This document shows, in pieces, positions 19,477 to 30,631 of a stretch of DNA of 54,930 nucleotides; the first letter of the stretch is position 1, and the number at the start of each line of letters is the position of its first letter. The position numbers and the translations under genes were made by a program. The DNA is from a virus. Its lineage: Duplodnaviria > Caudoviricetes. The stretch covers positions 1-54,930 of the IMG/VR virus record IMGVR_UViG_3300030207_004860; one strand, given 5' to 3'. The notes beneath the pieces were generated by a model. It had not been told where the DNA came from, did not search any database, and saw only the letters and a program-made list of their open reading frames with translations.

Positions 19477-20377
19477 ATAATTTATACTCCATAATCTTTT
19501 CAAATGATAGTGGCTTTGTGCTATCTATTAGTCTGTTTATTTCTTCTCTGCCTAATTCGTTTGGGTCCTTTCCTGGCATATCAACAAGATGTACATCTAT
19601 TCCGTGACCAATAAAATATTCAGACAGCCTAATTGCATCTGATTTTGCATCATCATCAAGCACAATATTTATCCTACCTACTCTTTTTTCAACAATTTTC
19701 TTTTTTAATTCACTTGACATTAATTTACCAAAAAGTGGTATTGAATTATTATCAACAGTCATTGCATCTATAGGACCTTCAACAATTGTTATTGGTTTAT
19801 TCCAATTAATAAGTAAATCAAATCCTATTATATCCTTTGACACTTGTGGGTTTTTATGCTTAAAATCTGTATCATAAAATGACCTTCCTGTAAAATAATT
19901 TAATTCACCATCGCAATCATAACTAGGTATTATAATCATTCCAGAATATGGTCCATCCTCACAATAGCCTATATTATATCTTAAAATATCATATTTAGAA
20001 AAACCTCTTTTCATTATATACCTAAATGCATTTCTAAAATCTGGACTATTTTTATTGCCTTCAAGTATTGGTATAAATTCATTTGGTAGTCCTAAAATTT
20101 TTTCTGATGTTAGTTTTTGTGTTGGTATTGCGTCGCCAACAAGGTCATAATATTTTTTTATTTTTTCAGGTGATGCATTAACCTTCTTAAATATTGAATA
20201 TATTTTTCTACCTTTTTTACCACACACCCAACATTGCCATTTTTGGCTTATTATATTTATGCTTAGCTTTTTTTTATGGTGATTACAATACGGACAATTA
20301 AATGATACCTCATCATTGTTTATTTTACCCCTACCTAAAACACCTTCAAGCAGACTTATTATTCGAATATTTGACAT
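19466..20377 (-). CDS. DNA primase (zinc finger plus TOPRIM)
   Basis: CPYC..H...W.CWVC zinc finger, IVEGPIDA, VLDDDA and KDPNE. Confidence 0.9.
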   Translation of the reverse strand: MSNIRIISLLEGVLGRGKINNDEVSFNCPYCNHHKKKLSINIISQKWQCWVCGKKGRKIYSIFKKVNASPEKIKKYYDLVGDAIPTQKLTSEKILGLPNEFIPILEGNKNSPDFRNAFRYIMKRGFSKYDILRYNIGYCEDGPYSGMIIIPSYDCDGELNYFTGRSFYDTDFKHKNPQVSKDIIGFDLLINWNKPITIVEGPIDAMTVDNNSIPLFGKLMSSELKKKIVEKRVGRINIVLDDDAKSDAIRLSEYFIGHGIDVHLVDMPGKDPNELGREEINRLIDSTKPLSFEKIMEYKLYEN

Positions 20378-20381
20378 AGTG

Positions 20382-20416
20382 TTAATATAATAAATTTTTG
20401 TGAATTACTTAAATTT
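20382..20416 (-). promoter_or_regulatory. Putative early/middle promoter with Bacteroidota-type -33/-7 geometry
   Basis: AAATTTA-N20-TATATTAA before the primase gene. Confidence 0.6.
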
Positions 20417-20849
20417 ATTTTAACCAATCTTCAGGTATTTCTTTACTAGCAAATAGAATGCCATGCTTATTGCAAAAATCAGCATACGTTGTTTTACTTC
20501 CTTTTCTTATTTTTTGATTTTCGTTTTGAAATACTATTCTTATGTCTAATTTAGGATTTTGCTCCTTAATTAACAAGTGTTTTTTTCTATCCTCAAGTGT
20601 CCACCTACCTTTTGTTTCAATAATAATTCCATTTGGTAAAAAAAAGTCTGGTGTATATGTTCTTGATTTTGCTGGTACAGTAAACGAAACCTTTTCTGAT
20701 TCGTACTTGAATTTTATTTTCTTTTTTTCAAGCATCTTTGCTGTTTCATATTCAAAACCGCTTTTATAACCATTTGCCAATGCTTCTTTTCTTTTATTTT
20801 TTGCCATAACTCTTCCAATATTTGGGTGTATAAATCTGCTTTTTCTCAT
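20415..20849 (-). CDS. T7 gp3-like endonuclease I (Holliday junction resolvase)
   Basis: YKSGFE...YTPDFFLPNGIIIETKGRW...DRKKHLLIKEQNPKLDIRIVF. Confidence 0.93.
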   Translation of the reverse strand: MRKSRFIHPNIGRVMAKNKRKEALANGYKSGFEYETAKMLEKKKIKFKYESEKVSFTVPAKSRTYTPDFFLPNGIIIETKGRWTLEDRKKHLLIKEQNPKLDIRIVFQNENQKIRKGSKTTYADFCNKHGILFASKEIPEDWLK

Positions 20850-21514
20850 TAATGGTATCCATTTAATAATTCTAATAAATCATCTATTGCATCATGTCTA
20901 TGGCTATCATTTAATACACACTTAAATACATAGTTTGAATTAATTAATTTTGCCATGTCATGATATGCTGAATAGTTTTTGTCCTTTAGGTCTATTTGAT
21001 ATGAGTCTCCACAAAATATCATTTTTGAGTCCTTGCCTAACCTTCCAATAGCCATTGCCAATTGCGACCTCGTTAGGTTTTGGAATTCATCTACAATAAC
21101 AATTGAATTGTCAAATGTTCTACCCCTAAAATGTGCCAATGATACTAATTCTATTTGTTCACTACCTTCCATTTTTTCTAATACCATTGGTTTATTATAG
21201 ACCTTTCTCATATTACTTCTAATAGGTACTAGCCAAGGTTCCATTTTTTCTCTTTCTGACCCAGGTAAAAATCCATTATCTTCTGTAGAAATTGTTGGCC
21301 TTGTTATAATAATCTTATTGTATTGCCTTTTGAAAAACTGGTCTAGTGCAACTTGTACTGCTAATAATGTCTTTCCACTACCTGCTTTTCCTACTATAAA
21401 GTTAAATGGGTTTTTTAGAATTTCCGTCTTTGCTTTTTTCTGCTCCGGCGAAAGAGAAATTGAAAACCTTACACTACCCTTAGGTGGTGCTTTATCAATA
21501 TTTTGTTTAGCCAT
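20849..21514 (-). CDS. phoH: PhoH-family ATPase
   Basis: GKAGSGKT, IIITRP, GFLPG, RGRTF, VDEFQN and GD..QIDL. Confidence 0.95.
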   Translation of the reverse strand: MAKQNIDKAPPKGSVRFSISLSPEQKKAKTEILKNPFNFIVGKAGSGKTLLAVQVALDQFFKRQYNKIIITRPTISTEDNGFLPGSEREKMEPWLVPIRSNMRKVYNKPMVLEKMEGSEQIELVSLAHFRGRTFDNSIVIVDEFQNLTRSQLAMAIGRLGKDSKMIFCGDSYQIDLKDKNYSAYHDMAKLINSNYVFKCVLNDSHRHDAIDDLLELLNGYH

Positions 21515-21536
21515 CTAGTGACCTCCCTTAATTTAT

Positions 21537-22481
21537 TTATGCATCAAATCTTACAACTATACTGATATCGTATTGGTCTGAAATTTTCAGCGGTCTTGCT
21601 AGTTTACCTGTAGCACATAAATCTCCTCTATCATTATACAAACCTACTGTTGTTGCATAAGGACAAAATGCACTACCTGTTACTAGACTTCTTAATATAT
21701 AACTACCTGTACCTTCGGCACCTGCAGCTACCCCGTTATTTGAACCACTAAGTATTGTTGGATTTGTAGACTGGTTATATTCACCATCCTGTATTGTACA
21801 ATAATACTCATGTTCTGTCATTGTTAATGTACTTTTGAAATTTATATTTCTCCATCCTCCTTCAGGGACTGGTAATTCCTCTGGTGGTCCATAAAGGTTA
21901 GGCGAAATTGGAAAAACAAATATTCCTGCACTATAGAATATATTTCCTACCCAAGTTCCGTCCGTTCCTGTAAGATTTCCCTTACTATCATCTGTTATAG
22001 TTTGTAAAGCTGATATACCTATTGAATGTGATATTGATATACTACCTGGCTTTATTCCTTCGCCTATTATATTGGTTGGCAATTGCCAAACAGAGCCTGT
22101 TGGTTGATTATAGAAGTCATTTGTTGTACTTCCTGGTACTCTGCCGCCATGATATTCTGTTGCCATTTGTGATATTTGAGCATCGTACTCAGTATTATTA
22201 ACAGAAGCAGTTAGGTAAAAGGTATGTGCCAGACTTGAATATAATAACCTATCATAAAGTGGGCCTGTTGTTGTGCTACCAGACGATGCTTGTCCAGACT
22301 CATTATTTCCAAAGAATTGGCTTGCACTATAGTATGCACCATAACCATCATGCTTTTTATAAAATGACTGCTTAAAGCCGTATGACCCAGTATCTAGGTG
22401 ATGAATATTCCACTCTTTGTGGCTTTTGAAGTCTTGAATGGAGATGTCATCAGGAAGTAAATCCTTATAAGTAATTGACAT
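21537..22481 (-). CDS. Virion protein with a tail-collar (DUF3751-like) C-terminus; paralog of 22495-23586
   Basis: Shares Y.C.I..G.YN.STNPT and Y.TTVG.YND...L.AT.KL..PL with the neighbouring gene. Confidence 0.7.
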   Translation of the reverse strand: MSITYKDLLPDDISIQDFKSHKEWNIHHLDTGSYGFKQSFYKKHDGYGAYYSASQFFGNNESGQASSGSTTTGPLYDRLLYSSLAHTFYLTASVNNTEYDAQISQMATEYHGGRVPGSTTNDFYNQPTGSVWQLPTNIIGEGIKPGSISISHSIGISALQTITDDSKGNLTGTDGTWVGNIFYSAGIFVFPISPNLYGPPEELPVPEGGWRNINFKSTLTMTEHEYYCTIQDGEYNQSTNPTILSGSNNGVAAGAEGTGSYILRSLVTGSAFCPYATTVGLYNDRGDLCATGKLARPLKISDQYDISIVVRFDA

Positions 22482-22494
22482 TATCTATCTCCTT

Positions 22495-23586
22495 TTAGAA
22501 TTCTAATTTAACCTTTATCAGAGCCTCTCTTGTAAAGTTTTTCAATAATGGTTTACTTAATTTTGCAGTAGCTACCAATTCATTTTCATCATTATACATA
22601 CCTACAGTTGTTACATATACTTGTGGGTCTCTTACCATTGATGCATGCCTTAATTGGCCCGAACCTGTAAATGTGAATGTTGGGTTTGTACTAAAATTAT
22701 AATCACCATTTTTAATTCTACAGAAATAGTGTGCAGAAGTAATGTCCTCCTGGCTTCTTGCTGTAAATAGTGATGCAGATTTCATTAGGTCCCAGAAATA
22801 TCCATTGTGTCCTTGATCTAGGTTAGCAGATGAGGTTACAAAATATTTTGTAAATGTAGGGAATGCCGCAGATGTGTATGCATTTGTTTCACTTGATAAT
22901 AGTCTTCTTGAAAGAATTATTGTTGCAGCCTCAGGATAGAATAATCCATATATATGTGTTGCATCAAATATTGTCTGATCAGAACCACTAACAACATTAT
23001 ATACTTTTTTACCACCTGATGTTGTTCCGGCAGCATTTGTACTACTATCATCACATAATTGTAATGCATGTGAACCAGACGATATTTTGAATGTCCAGTT
23101 TCCTGGGTTTACTTGTTCTTTATAATTTCTTCTGTCAAATGTTATTGCAATAAAGTCATGGTCATTTGTGCCGTTTATTGTAAATACATCATCTGTTGCA
23201 TCCAATAGTAAATTTGCATATTGTGTGTATACAGCTTTTGAAGGTGTATATCCTTGTGATGCACCAGATGCAGAAACAGAGCTACTACCAAAATAATTTC
23301 CATATGCAACTGCAAATTCCGGTGATTGTAATGCAGAATCAGAATAGTTTTGTACATAATATTGTTTTGATGTACCTTGTGATGCCGTATGGAATGCACC
23401 TACCTTTAATGAACCTGTTGTCCCTGCAGTCCACATACCGTCCGTTACAGCAATTTTTGTGTTTGATTCAATTACATCTTCTGAGTCAAAATCTTGGAAA
23501 ACTTTTGCCTGAATTTGTTGTCTTCTTTTTATTGACTTTTGTTGTGCAATTGCTCGTCTATTTAATTTTGATAATCTTCTTGCCAT
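22495..23586 (-). CDS. Virion protein with a tail-collar-like C-terminus
   Basis: YFCRIKNGDYNFSTNPT and YVTTVGMYNDENELVATAKLSKPL. Confidence 0.7.
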   Translation of the reverse strand: MARRLSKLNRRAIAQQKSIKRRQQIQAKVFQDFDSEDVIESNTKIAVTDGMWTAGTTGSLKVGAFHTASQGTSKQYYVQNYSDSALQSPEFAVAYGNYFGSSSVSASGASQGYTPSKAVYTQYANLLLDATDDVFTINGTNDHDFIAITFDRRNYKEQVNPGNWTFKISSGSHALQLCDDSSTNAAGTTSGGKKVYNVVSGSDQTIFDATHIYGLFYPEAATIILSRRLLSSETNAYTSAAFPTFTKYFVTSSANLDQGHNGYFWDLMKSASLFTARSQEDITSAHYFCRIKNGDYNFSTNPTFTFTGSGQLRHASMVRDPQVYVTTVGMYNDENELVATAKLSKPLLKNFTREALIKVKLEF

Positions 23587-23596
23587 AATTTATTCC

Positions 23597-24238
23597 TTAG
23601 CTCTGTAATATATCTAATGAAGCATCCTTCTTAATTGTAATAGGTATGTCTACACTTCCTCCAGTTTCATTAGCAGTAATTGTTAATGTTGTTGTACTAT
23701 CCTCGGTTAATTGTTTTGCAATTATTTCAAACCTTATACCAGTTACTGATATTGATTTTGCATCATCACCAAGAACATCTGCAGTAGTTGCAGAACCAAT
23801 TGAACCACCTGCGGCAACTCTTAGTGTTGCAAAGTCACTGTTGCCCAGTGTTGCAGTATATCCTAATACTGAATTTCCGTTTGCAATGTTTGCTGTTGTA
23901 GGAGTAATTATCTGTGAGCTTCCAGGTCTATTTAGTGTTATTGCGCTTAAGCCTACCTCTAATACAGGCAACCTTAAAGTATTTTTACCTAATGAAATAA
24001 GTTTGTATTTCATCATTTGACCTTCTAATGGAAAAGATTCAAGTATTGGCATTGCCTCTATTGCCTCTCCATATTTGTCAGAACCCTGGTCATGCCCTGT
24101 GTCCCATAGTCTATAATCTATTTCGTCATCGGCAAGAGCAAACTTTGTAATTTCAAGTTCTCCTTTTGCTAAAAGTTCACGGCCTTTTTTTGTAAGTATT
24201 GCATCTACCGTTAAACTTGTATTATCTAAATATCCCAT
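23597..24238 (-). CDS. Virion structural protein (tail-collar N-terminal-like)
   Basis: DAILTKKGRELLA...ITKFALADDEIDY. Has an AGGAG SD and an upstream late motif. Confidence 0.7.
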   Translation of the reverse strand: MGYLDNTSLTVDAILTKKGRELLAKGELEITKFALADDEIDYRLWDTGHDQGSDKYGEAIEAMPILESFPLEGQMMKYKLISLGKNTLRLPVLEVGLSAITLNRPGSSQIITPTTANIANGNSVLGYTATLGNSDFATLRVAAGGSIGSATTADVLGDDAKSISVTGIRFEIIAKQLTEDSTTTLTITANETGGSVDIPITIKKDASLDILQS

Positions 24239-24263
24239 TATTTTCTCCTATAATCAGTTTAAT

Positions 24264-24271
24264 ATAAATAT
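24264..24271 (-). promoter_or_regulatory. Putative late promoter ATATTTAT
   Basis: Upstream of the SD and ATG 24238. Confidence 0.7.
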
Positions 24272-24295
24272 CTTTTTAGAAAAATTTTATTCGTG

Positions 24296-27200
24296 TTATC
24301 GTACCGTTAAACTACCATCACCACTTCTTTCTTTTACAATTAACTGATTTGTCTTAATTAATATAAATGATACTATTGGTCCAGCATCAATAGAATTTTG
24401 CCTTTCTGTACCAAACCTTGCATCTTCGTTAAAATCTCCTGCGGTCATCTTAGAACCTAAATAATAAGATGAAGCAACCCCTGCACTTAATTTTTCATAT
24501 CTACCTAATCTGTGTCTTAATTGGCTTTCTGTTGGTGCAAAATCTCTTACACCATCAAACGACCTAACAGCTCTTGAATCCATCAATGAAAAGTCTGCAA
24601 TACTTGCTGTTGTTCCTGTTCTCCAAAAAGATTGTGACACATATGAACCATTTTTATATGAACCCTTATTTGTTAATTGTACATTTGTTCTATATACATC
24701 TGCTGTAGAATAGTCATTATCTCTAGGTATTGCAAATGTTTTATCAGGCTGTATTCCACTTATAAAACTAGCTGTGGTATCTGGTATTGTTGCCTCAAAT
24801 GTAAAGTTTTCTCTATATTCATCTCTTTGTCTTATTCCAGTACTATCAAAACTTTGTGATGATGGACTAGTAGAATAATATAATATCTGTGGCTGACCTT
24901 GTACCTTTGCTCTTTCCAAAGAATTTGGTTTTATAATTAAACCAACACGCTTAACTGCTCTTGCAGGTAGAAGGTTTTCTAATTGCCTAAAAAATCCTCT
25001 ATTAAAATAATTTAATATTTTTGAAAATTCATATATATTTGGTTGTGTACTATATTTCTTAAAATATTCTCTTCTTAGTCCATTTAATTGAGGATATGTT
25101 GTTCTATATCTATCTCTTGGATCGCCTACAAAATCATCAACTCTATTTTCACCAAATTGATATGCTATATCTAGGTCTGTATTGTCTGTTGGTGATAATG
25201 CAACCTGTACTATATTACTATCTTTTCCTACAAAGTCCAATGAACTAGAGTCATGAGTTTTATTTGGTGATAAAAATCCATCACTATATGTATCAAGATT
25301 TCTTATCTTTCTATCACTTCTTTTATTACCTATTGAGTTAGGTACAGAAATGTAGTGTTCCTCTACACTTTCCTTATAATTTCCATCTGTGTCATCTTCA
25401 AATCTAAAATTTCTAAATGTTGCATATGACTTAGCAGAGGTACTATTATAAAAGTATGAAGATGAAAATGATTGATTTGGATGGCTTGAACTTATATGTA
25501 TATTAGCAATATCACTTTTTCCGTGATTATATACATTACCATCCGAACCAAGTGTAAATCTTCTTGTTAAAGTATTGTATGAGCTTGTATAGTGGTTTCC
25601 AAAGTATGCTGTTGGTGCCATAGTATGTCTATGAAACACATCTTCGCTTATCTCTTCTGCATATTCTCTATATTCCTGCAGCGAACCTGAAAAATTCATA
25701 TCAGGTGTGTCTGTGGAATAATTCCATCCACTACCAGTTGTAAAGTGTCCTGCCCATGCAGTTGAATATGATGGAAGATACAAGCCTGATACATATCCTA
25801 AACCATAATAGCTATCGCTCATTGCTTGGAGAAAACCGTCATTGTAGTCCTCGGCAAGTCCACCACCACTACCATTTACTGTTAGTGTTGCACTTCCACT
25901 ATGTGTTATTTGATTATCCTCGTGGTCACCAGACTTTGCACACCTTAGTGTATAAACAACATCTATATTTCCAGCTGTTACAGGTACATCTGTTGATAGC
26001 TGCATATTCCACCAATCACCATCAAATATAGGCAGTCCATCTACTGAAGCAGAAACAACTGGGTCTGAGTCTTGGTCTGCTAAATAAAATTTTAATGAAC
26101 CATAACTACCAGTTCCAGATGGTTGTAAAAGTACACCCCATTTATTTACACCTTGTATTAATGATTGTGGTGTTAATTGTCCGGACTGGCTAAATGACTT
26201 AAATCTTAGCTGTATTGTTCTAGGCATTGCATCTGTAGAAATACCATCTACATTATCTGATTCATTTGCATTTCTACCAAGACCAATGTGTGCACTTCCA
26301 CTCATATGTATACCATAATTATGTATTGTCAATTCTTGAAAGTCCTGTCCATCTACAGGTGCACTTCCTCCAAATTCCTGAATGTTCATAAGAGTTTTTG
26401 GTATACCATAACAAGAAAGATATTGTTGTACAGCTCTTTTTGTTCCTTTTGATTTAAGCATTTGTGGAAGATTATTTACTATTCTTTTCCATATTTGCTT
26501 ATCTACATCTTCTAGATTTGGTGTTTCTTTTGTTGGACCAAATGATGTATTTCCTTTATATCTATGTGGCTGTGTGTAAAGCTCATTTATAACACTTGGT
26601 CGTAAATTTGATACTGATGATGACACAAGAATTCTATTATAAACCCTAATATCATCCAACACACCATCAAATGGATATGACACACCTGTAGATGATGTAT
26701 TAAATAATTCGTATGGGTTATTATTTCTTTCACCTATTTTTATACCTTGGCCTGGGAAATTTACACCTTGTACATCACCCCATTTCCAGAGTGACCTGCT
26801 TGCAGCATTTTCAAACTGGTTAGGTGATAGACTTTGTTCTGAGTAGTTGTCTGAAATTATAATTTCCTTTGCTCTTAGTCTTCCATTAATGTACATATCA
26901 TAATGGGCACCAGGAGCGCCAGCAACACCGTGGTTTTCCTCTCTATTAACTTGTATTACAAAATGGCTAAGTGAGCTTGTTAACTGTCCTTCTAAAAATT
27001 GGTCATCAGAGCTTACGGAAAATGGTATATCTTGAGTACTAGTAGTTTCAGTAGAACCATCATTTTTCGTAATGTGTAAAATAACTTGCTTGTCATCTGG
27101 CTTAAAGGAGACAATAAAACCATTCACTCTTTCTCCATTTCCATCACCATCAGGGTCTCTCATTGTTGTTGTGTCAATAACAGTTTTATAGTCTGAATCT

Positions 27201-29140
27201 GTTAGATTATTTAGTTTTGCCCAAAACGATACGGCAAATGAACCTGAATCTATCCATGTGTCATTGTATTCTTGAATATTTGTATCTACAGCATAAGCAT
27301 GTACAGAACCACTGTCTTCGGCAAATACTGCTGCATTTCCTGTTACACCTGCCTCATTTAGATGGTTTGTTTTTGCACCTTCATTAAAAAATTCTGTTGT
27401 GGTGTTTGATGTTTTTGCAACGTGTCGTCTTGCATATTTACTTGTGTCCTTAAATGTAAAACTTCCATCATCATTAGTATATGCAACTCTAAGTAATAAG
27501 TCATCATAAAATGATTCTATTTCTGTTTCAGGTATATGGCTTCCACTTGTATCTGTTCCATTAACATATTCCCAAAGTTCTGCTAAATCAAATCCTGGTT
27601 GTAATGTCCAGCCCATACTTTTTGCAGCACTATAAATTAAATCCTTTGACATACCCTCATAAAGGCTTTCATCTCTATTATGAATCTTACCTATATGTTT
27701 TATGTATGTATATATTTCATCAAAGTGGTGACCAATCATATCAGTAAATAGAAGATAGTCAGAATTGTTTTCATCTAATTTTATATGGTCGGGTAATAAT
27801 TCTTTTAATTCATGAGGATTATTTGTGTCATGCAAGCTTGCAGTTGCCAATTGTCTTGTATACCATGTTGTTGACTCGGCTGAATCTACTGATGCTAGTG
27901 TATATGGTTTTGTTGAATTTGTTTTTGGCCATGTTGCATTAAAATATGATACATAATTTGTATCTAACTTATTATCAAATGTATCAAGTATATTTCTATC
28001 TTCTTCTGCAGAGTGTGATTCGTAGTATAGATATTTTTCATATCCATCAAAATTAACCTTTACATCATTTATTTTTGTATCATAAAGTGCTTTATTTTGT
28101 AAAAATTCAACAGATGATGATGCAGCTCCGTTACTTAATCCTTCAAGCTGTGTTGATACAAAATCACTTTGTGATTGATAGTATTCTATTTGTTGTAATT
28201 TAAGCTTAAAGTTTTTTAACCTTTCAGTTGCAGAACTAAAACAAACAAAATTATTATAATCTCTATAGTCAACATTTAATCTTGCACCACCTAAACTTTC
28301 ACTTATAATAGTATTTTTTATACTTTGTGTTACACTACCTGTTGCAGCACCTAATAAAAGGTTTTCACTTTTATAATCTACAGTTGCTGCTTGTGGTAAT
28401 TCAGAATAGTTATATCTAAATGAAGGTTGCCTTAATACATTTACATTTTCCTCAACCTCTTCTTGTAATTGTACATTAATGTCAGTTACAAATGGTAGCA
28501 TTTTTTGCTTATATATATTTGCAACATCACCAGAATCAAGGTCATCGGGTAGTGGTTTTGAGAGTTTTAATATTGTAGAATTTGATTTTCCGTATTTATC
28601 TCTTTTCCAGGAAACAACCATACATTCATATGATGCATTAAACCAGAGAACAACATTTTCCTGTACTATATCTCCTTTGGATACATCAGCTGAATCAGAC
28701 CAATTTCTAAATGCTGAATTATCATCACTATTATCTGAATATGCTAATTCAACTCTTAATTCTGTTCTGTCTGAGTTTATTTCTGTTACTACAAAGGTTG
28801 TATTTTTGTTAAATAGCCTTTGATAAAAATTACCTACAAGCCTAAACTGACCTCTGCCTATTTGAAAGTGTTCCTCTACAAGACCTCTTACATCAATCTT
28901 AAATCTATCCTCAGAAAATGCAGTATATACCTCTTCAGAGTCACCAGTATATATGTATTGTATTTCATTATTTTGGTAAAATTTTAATACAAAAAAGTCT
29001 GCAGTATCAGGACCTAATACTAATGATGTATCAGTATATCTGGAAAGTGTTCTTTCCCAATCAAGAGAATCAAGTGCTACAACTCTTTCCAGGAATGTAT
29101 ACCCTTGTAATTTTAAGCCATTATCATCATATAATTTCAT
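24296..29140 (-). CDS. Large baseplate wedge-type protein with LamG/concanavalin-like domains
   Basis: FAVSFWAK...MYING...FDGVLDDIRVYNR (LamG) and the baseplate-wedge-like motif LKSKGTKRAV...YG. Confidence 0.75.
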   Translation of the reverse strand: MKLYDDNGLKLQGYTFLERVVALDSLDWERTLSRYTDTSLVLGPDTADFFVLKFYQNNEIQYIYTGDSEEVYTAFSEDRFKIDVRGLVEEHFQIGRGQFRLVGNFYQRLFNKNTTFVVTEINSDRTELRVELAYSDNSDDNSAFRNWSDSADVSKGDIVQENVVLWFNASYECMVVSWKRDKYGKSNSTILKLSKPLPDDLDSGDVANIYKQKMLPFVTDINVQLQEEVEENVNVLRQPSFRYNYSELPQAATVDYKSENLLLGAATGSVTQSIKNTIISESLGGARLNVDYRDYNNFVCFSSATERLKNFKLKLQQIEYYQSQSDFVSTQLEGLSNGAASSSVEFLQNKALYDTKINDVKVNFDGYEKYLYYESHSAEEDRNILDTFDNKLDTNYVSYFNATWPKTNSTKPYTLASVDSAESTTWYTRQLATASLHDTNNPHELKELLPDHIKLDENNSDYLLFTDMIGHHFDEIYTYIKHIGKIHNRDESLYEGMSKDLIYSAAKSMGWTLQPGFDLAELWEYVNGTDTSGSHIPETEIESFYDDLLLRVAYTNDDGSFTFKDTSKYARRHVAKTSNTTTEFFNEGAKTNHLNEAGVTGNAAVFAEDSGSVHAYAVDTNIQEYNDTWIDSGSFAVSFWAKLNNLTDSDYKTVIDTTTMRDPDGDGNGERVNGFIVSFKPDDKQVILHITKNDGSTETTSTQDIPFSVSSDDQFLEGQLTSSLSHFVIQVNREENHGVAGAPGAHYDMYINGRLRAKEIIISDNYSEQSLSPNQFENAASRSLWKWGDVQGVNFPGQGIKIGERNNNPYELFNTSSTGVSYPFDGVLDDIRVYNRILVSSSVSNLRPSVINELYTQPHRYKGNTSFGPTKETPNLEDVDKQIWKRIVNNLPQMLKSKGTKRAVQQYLSCYGIPKTLMNIQEFGGSAPVDGQDFQELTIHNYGIHMSGSAHIGLGRNANESDNVDGISTDAMPRTIQLRFKSFSQSGQLTPQSLIQGVNKWGVLLQPSGTGSYGSLKFYLADQDSDPVVSASVDGLPIFDGDWWNMQLSTDVPVTAGNIDVVYTLRCAKSGDHEDNQITHSGSATLTVNGSGGGLAEDYNDGFLQAMSDSYYGLGYVSGLYLPSYSTAWAGHFTTGSGWNYSTDTPDMNFSGSLQEYREYAEEISEDVFHRHTMAPTAYFGNHYTSSYNTLTRRFTLGSDGNVYNHGKSDIANIHISSSHPNQSFSSSYFYNSTSAKSYATFRNFRFEDDTDGNYKESVEEHYISVPNSIGNKRSDRKIRNLDTYSDGFLSPNKTHDSSSLDFVGKDSNIVQVALSPTDNTDLDIAYQFGENRVDDFVGDPRDRYRTTYPQLNGLRREYFKKYSTQPNIYEFSKILNYFNRGFFRQLENLLPARAVKRVGLIIKPNSLERAKVQGQPQILYYSTSPSSQSFDSTGIRQRDEYRENFTFEATIPDTTASFISGIQPDKTFAIPRDNDYSTADVYRTNVQLTNKGSYKNGSYVSQSFWRTGTTASIADFSLMDSRAVRSFDGVRDFAPTESQLRHRLGRYEKLSAGVASSYYLGSKMTAGDFNEDARFGTERQNSIDAGPIVSFILIKTNQLIVKERSGDGSLTVR

Positions 29141-30630
29141 TATGCAGGCTCCTTATAGTTATTAAAAGGATTTTGTGGGTCGTTATTTCTATTAAAAATA
29201 ATTTCGTCCTCATATATTGTAAAAGGTATTAGCTTTTTTGAATAGGTTTTACCTGAAGCTATTTCTATTGGTTGGTCGCCAGTTCTAAGGTTTTCTGTTT
29301 CCTCGGTTGGTCTACCTGCAGCACTTCTAGGTATCTTTCTAAGTTCGATTGTAGGTCCAGTTGCTGGGTCTGCCCATATCATAAAATCTGTTTCGTGTAT
29401 TTCTCTAAGTGTAAAGATTCTTTTTCTAGGTCTAAATCTTGTACCTGTATCATCTCTTTCTGTATTTAGATTTCCATATTGATTATTTGTTATACCAAAA
29501 TTAGGTGCATATACATTTATCTCTACCTGCCATGTATCTTTATAATATTCAGGTATATCATCAAAATTTGTACACCTTAGGTGCAACAATGCCCTTCTCC
29601 AATCCCACTGTGATGTATTAGACACCCCTGTGTTTTCATAGTCCAAACTTACCAAACCACCATGTCTTGTATTTGGTCTTGTTATTAAATCATCCCAGCA
29701 CCAAATAAAGTTTTTTGTTCTAGCCTGATTTTCTACAACCAAAAATTTTTGATTTACACTTGTACTTCCAAAGTCATTATATATTTCTGCAGTTATTGTT
29801 TGTATTGCTTCATCTTTTGGTTGTGCATTATGAATTTGAAAGTATTCATCTCTACCAAAGTTGCCTTCCTTTACTAATTCACCATCAAGAAAAAATTTAT
29901 ATTTTAATCCAGTATTTACTGCAAGTTTTGTATCAATATCTTTGTAGTTTATTGCATCAAATATAAAGAATAATGGACTTGAATTTTTATAAAATACATA
30001 TGTAAAATCTATTAAATTTTCTGCCTCTGGTGATGGAGAGTTTGGCCATTGCCAATAATTTGAATTAGGAATTCTTTTACCTGCCTCATCCTTTATCCAT
30101 TCAAAGTTTCTTGAACCTAATTTAAGAGATAGTGGAGCAGAGTCTGGTAATGGATTTTCTGCAACCAATTCATCTGATATTTCGCAGTCAATTACTTCTC
30201 TAAATGTTTGTGATTCAAATTCTATATTTTTTGCAGGTATTTCAATTATAGGATACCCATCACCATCATTGTCGATTAACAATTTACCTGTTGAATCATA
30301 TTTATATAATACACCTGTTTCGTCCTTAAATATATTAGGTATTCCATCAAAACTTGCTTGAAATATAAATTGTGGTAATTTTGCTGTTCTATTTTGTACG
30401 TTTTGTATTGCTTGTTGCCTTATTGGTATTGTTGTATCTACAAGTGGCCCTTTTGCCTCAAGTCTATCAACCTCCTGTTGTATTTGTATTTCATCAACAG
30501 GTGCCATAGCCATCATACCAGCTGCATTAACAGTATTTATAAGGTTTTGTAACTCCTCCAATGACATTCCGTCTGGGCCACCACCTCCTTCTCCTGGTCC
30601 TGTATTTCTTGGGTCTAAATATTCAGCCAT
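29140..30630 (-). CDS. Hypothetical protein, probably baseplate-associated
   Basis: 496-aa ORF translationally coupled (TAATG) to the wedge gene. Confidence 0.7.
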   Translation of the reverse strand: MAEYLDPRNTGPGEGGGGPDGMSLEELQNLINTVNAAGMMAMAPVDEIQIQQEVDRLEAKGPLVDTTIPIRQQAIQNVQNRTAKLPQFIFQASFDGIPNIFKDETGVLYKYDSTGKLLIDNDGDGYPIIEIPAKNIEFESQTFREVIDCEISDELVAENPLPDSAPLSLKLGSRNFEWIKDEAGKRIPNSNYWQWPNSPSPEAENLIDFTYVFYKNSSPLFFIFDAINYKDIDTKLAVNTGLKYKFFLDGELVKEGNFGRDEYFQIHNAQPKDEAIQTITAEIYNDFGSTSVNQKFLVVENQARTKNFIWCWDDLITRPNTRHGGLVSLDYENTGVSNTSQWDWRRALLHLRCTNFDDIPEYYKDTWQVEINVYAPNFGITNNQYGNLNTERDDTGTRFRPRKRIFTLREIHETDFMIWADPATGPTIELRKIPRSAAGRPTEETENLRTGDQPIEIASGKTYSKKLIPFTIYEDEIIFNRNNDPQNPFNNYKEPA

Positions 30631-30631
30631 A

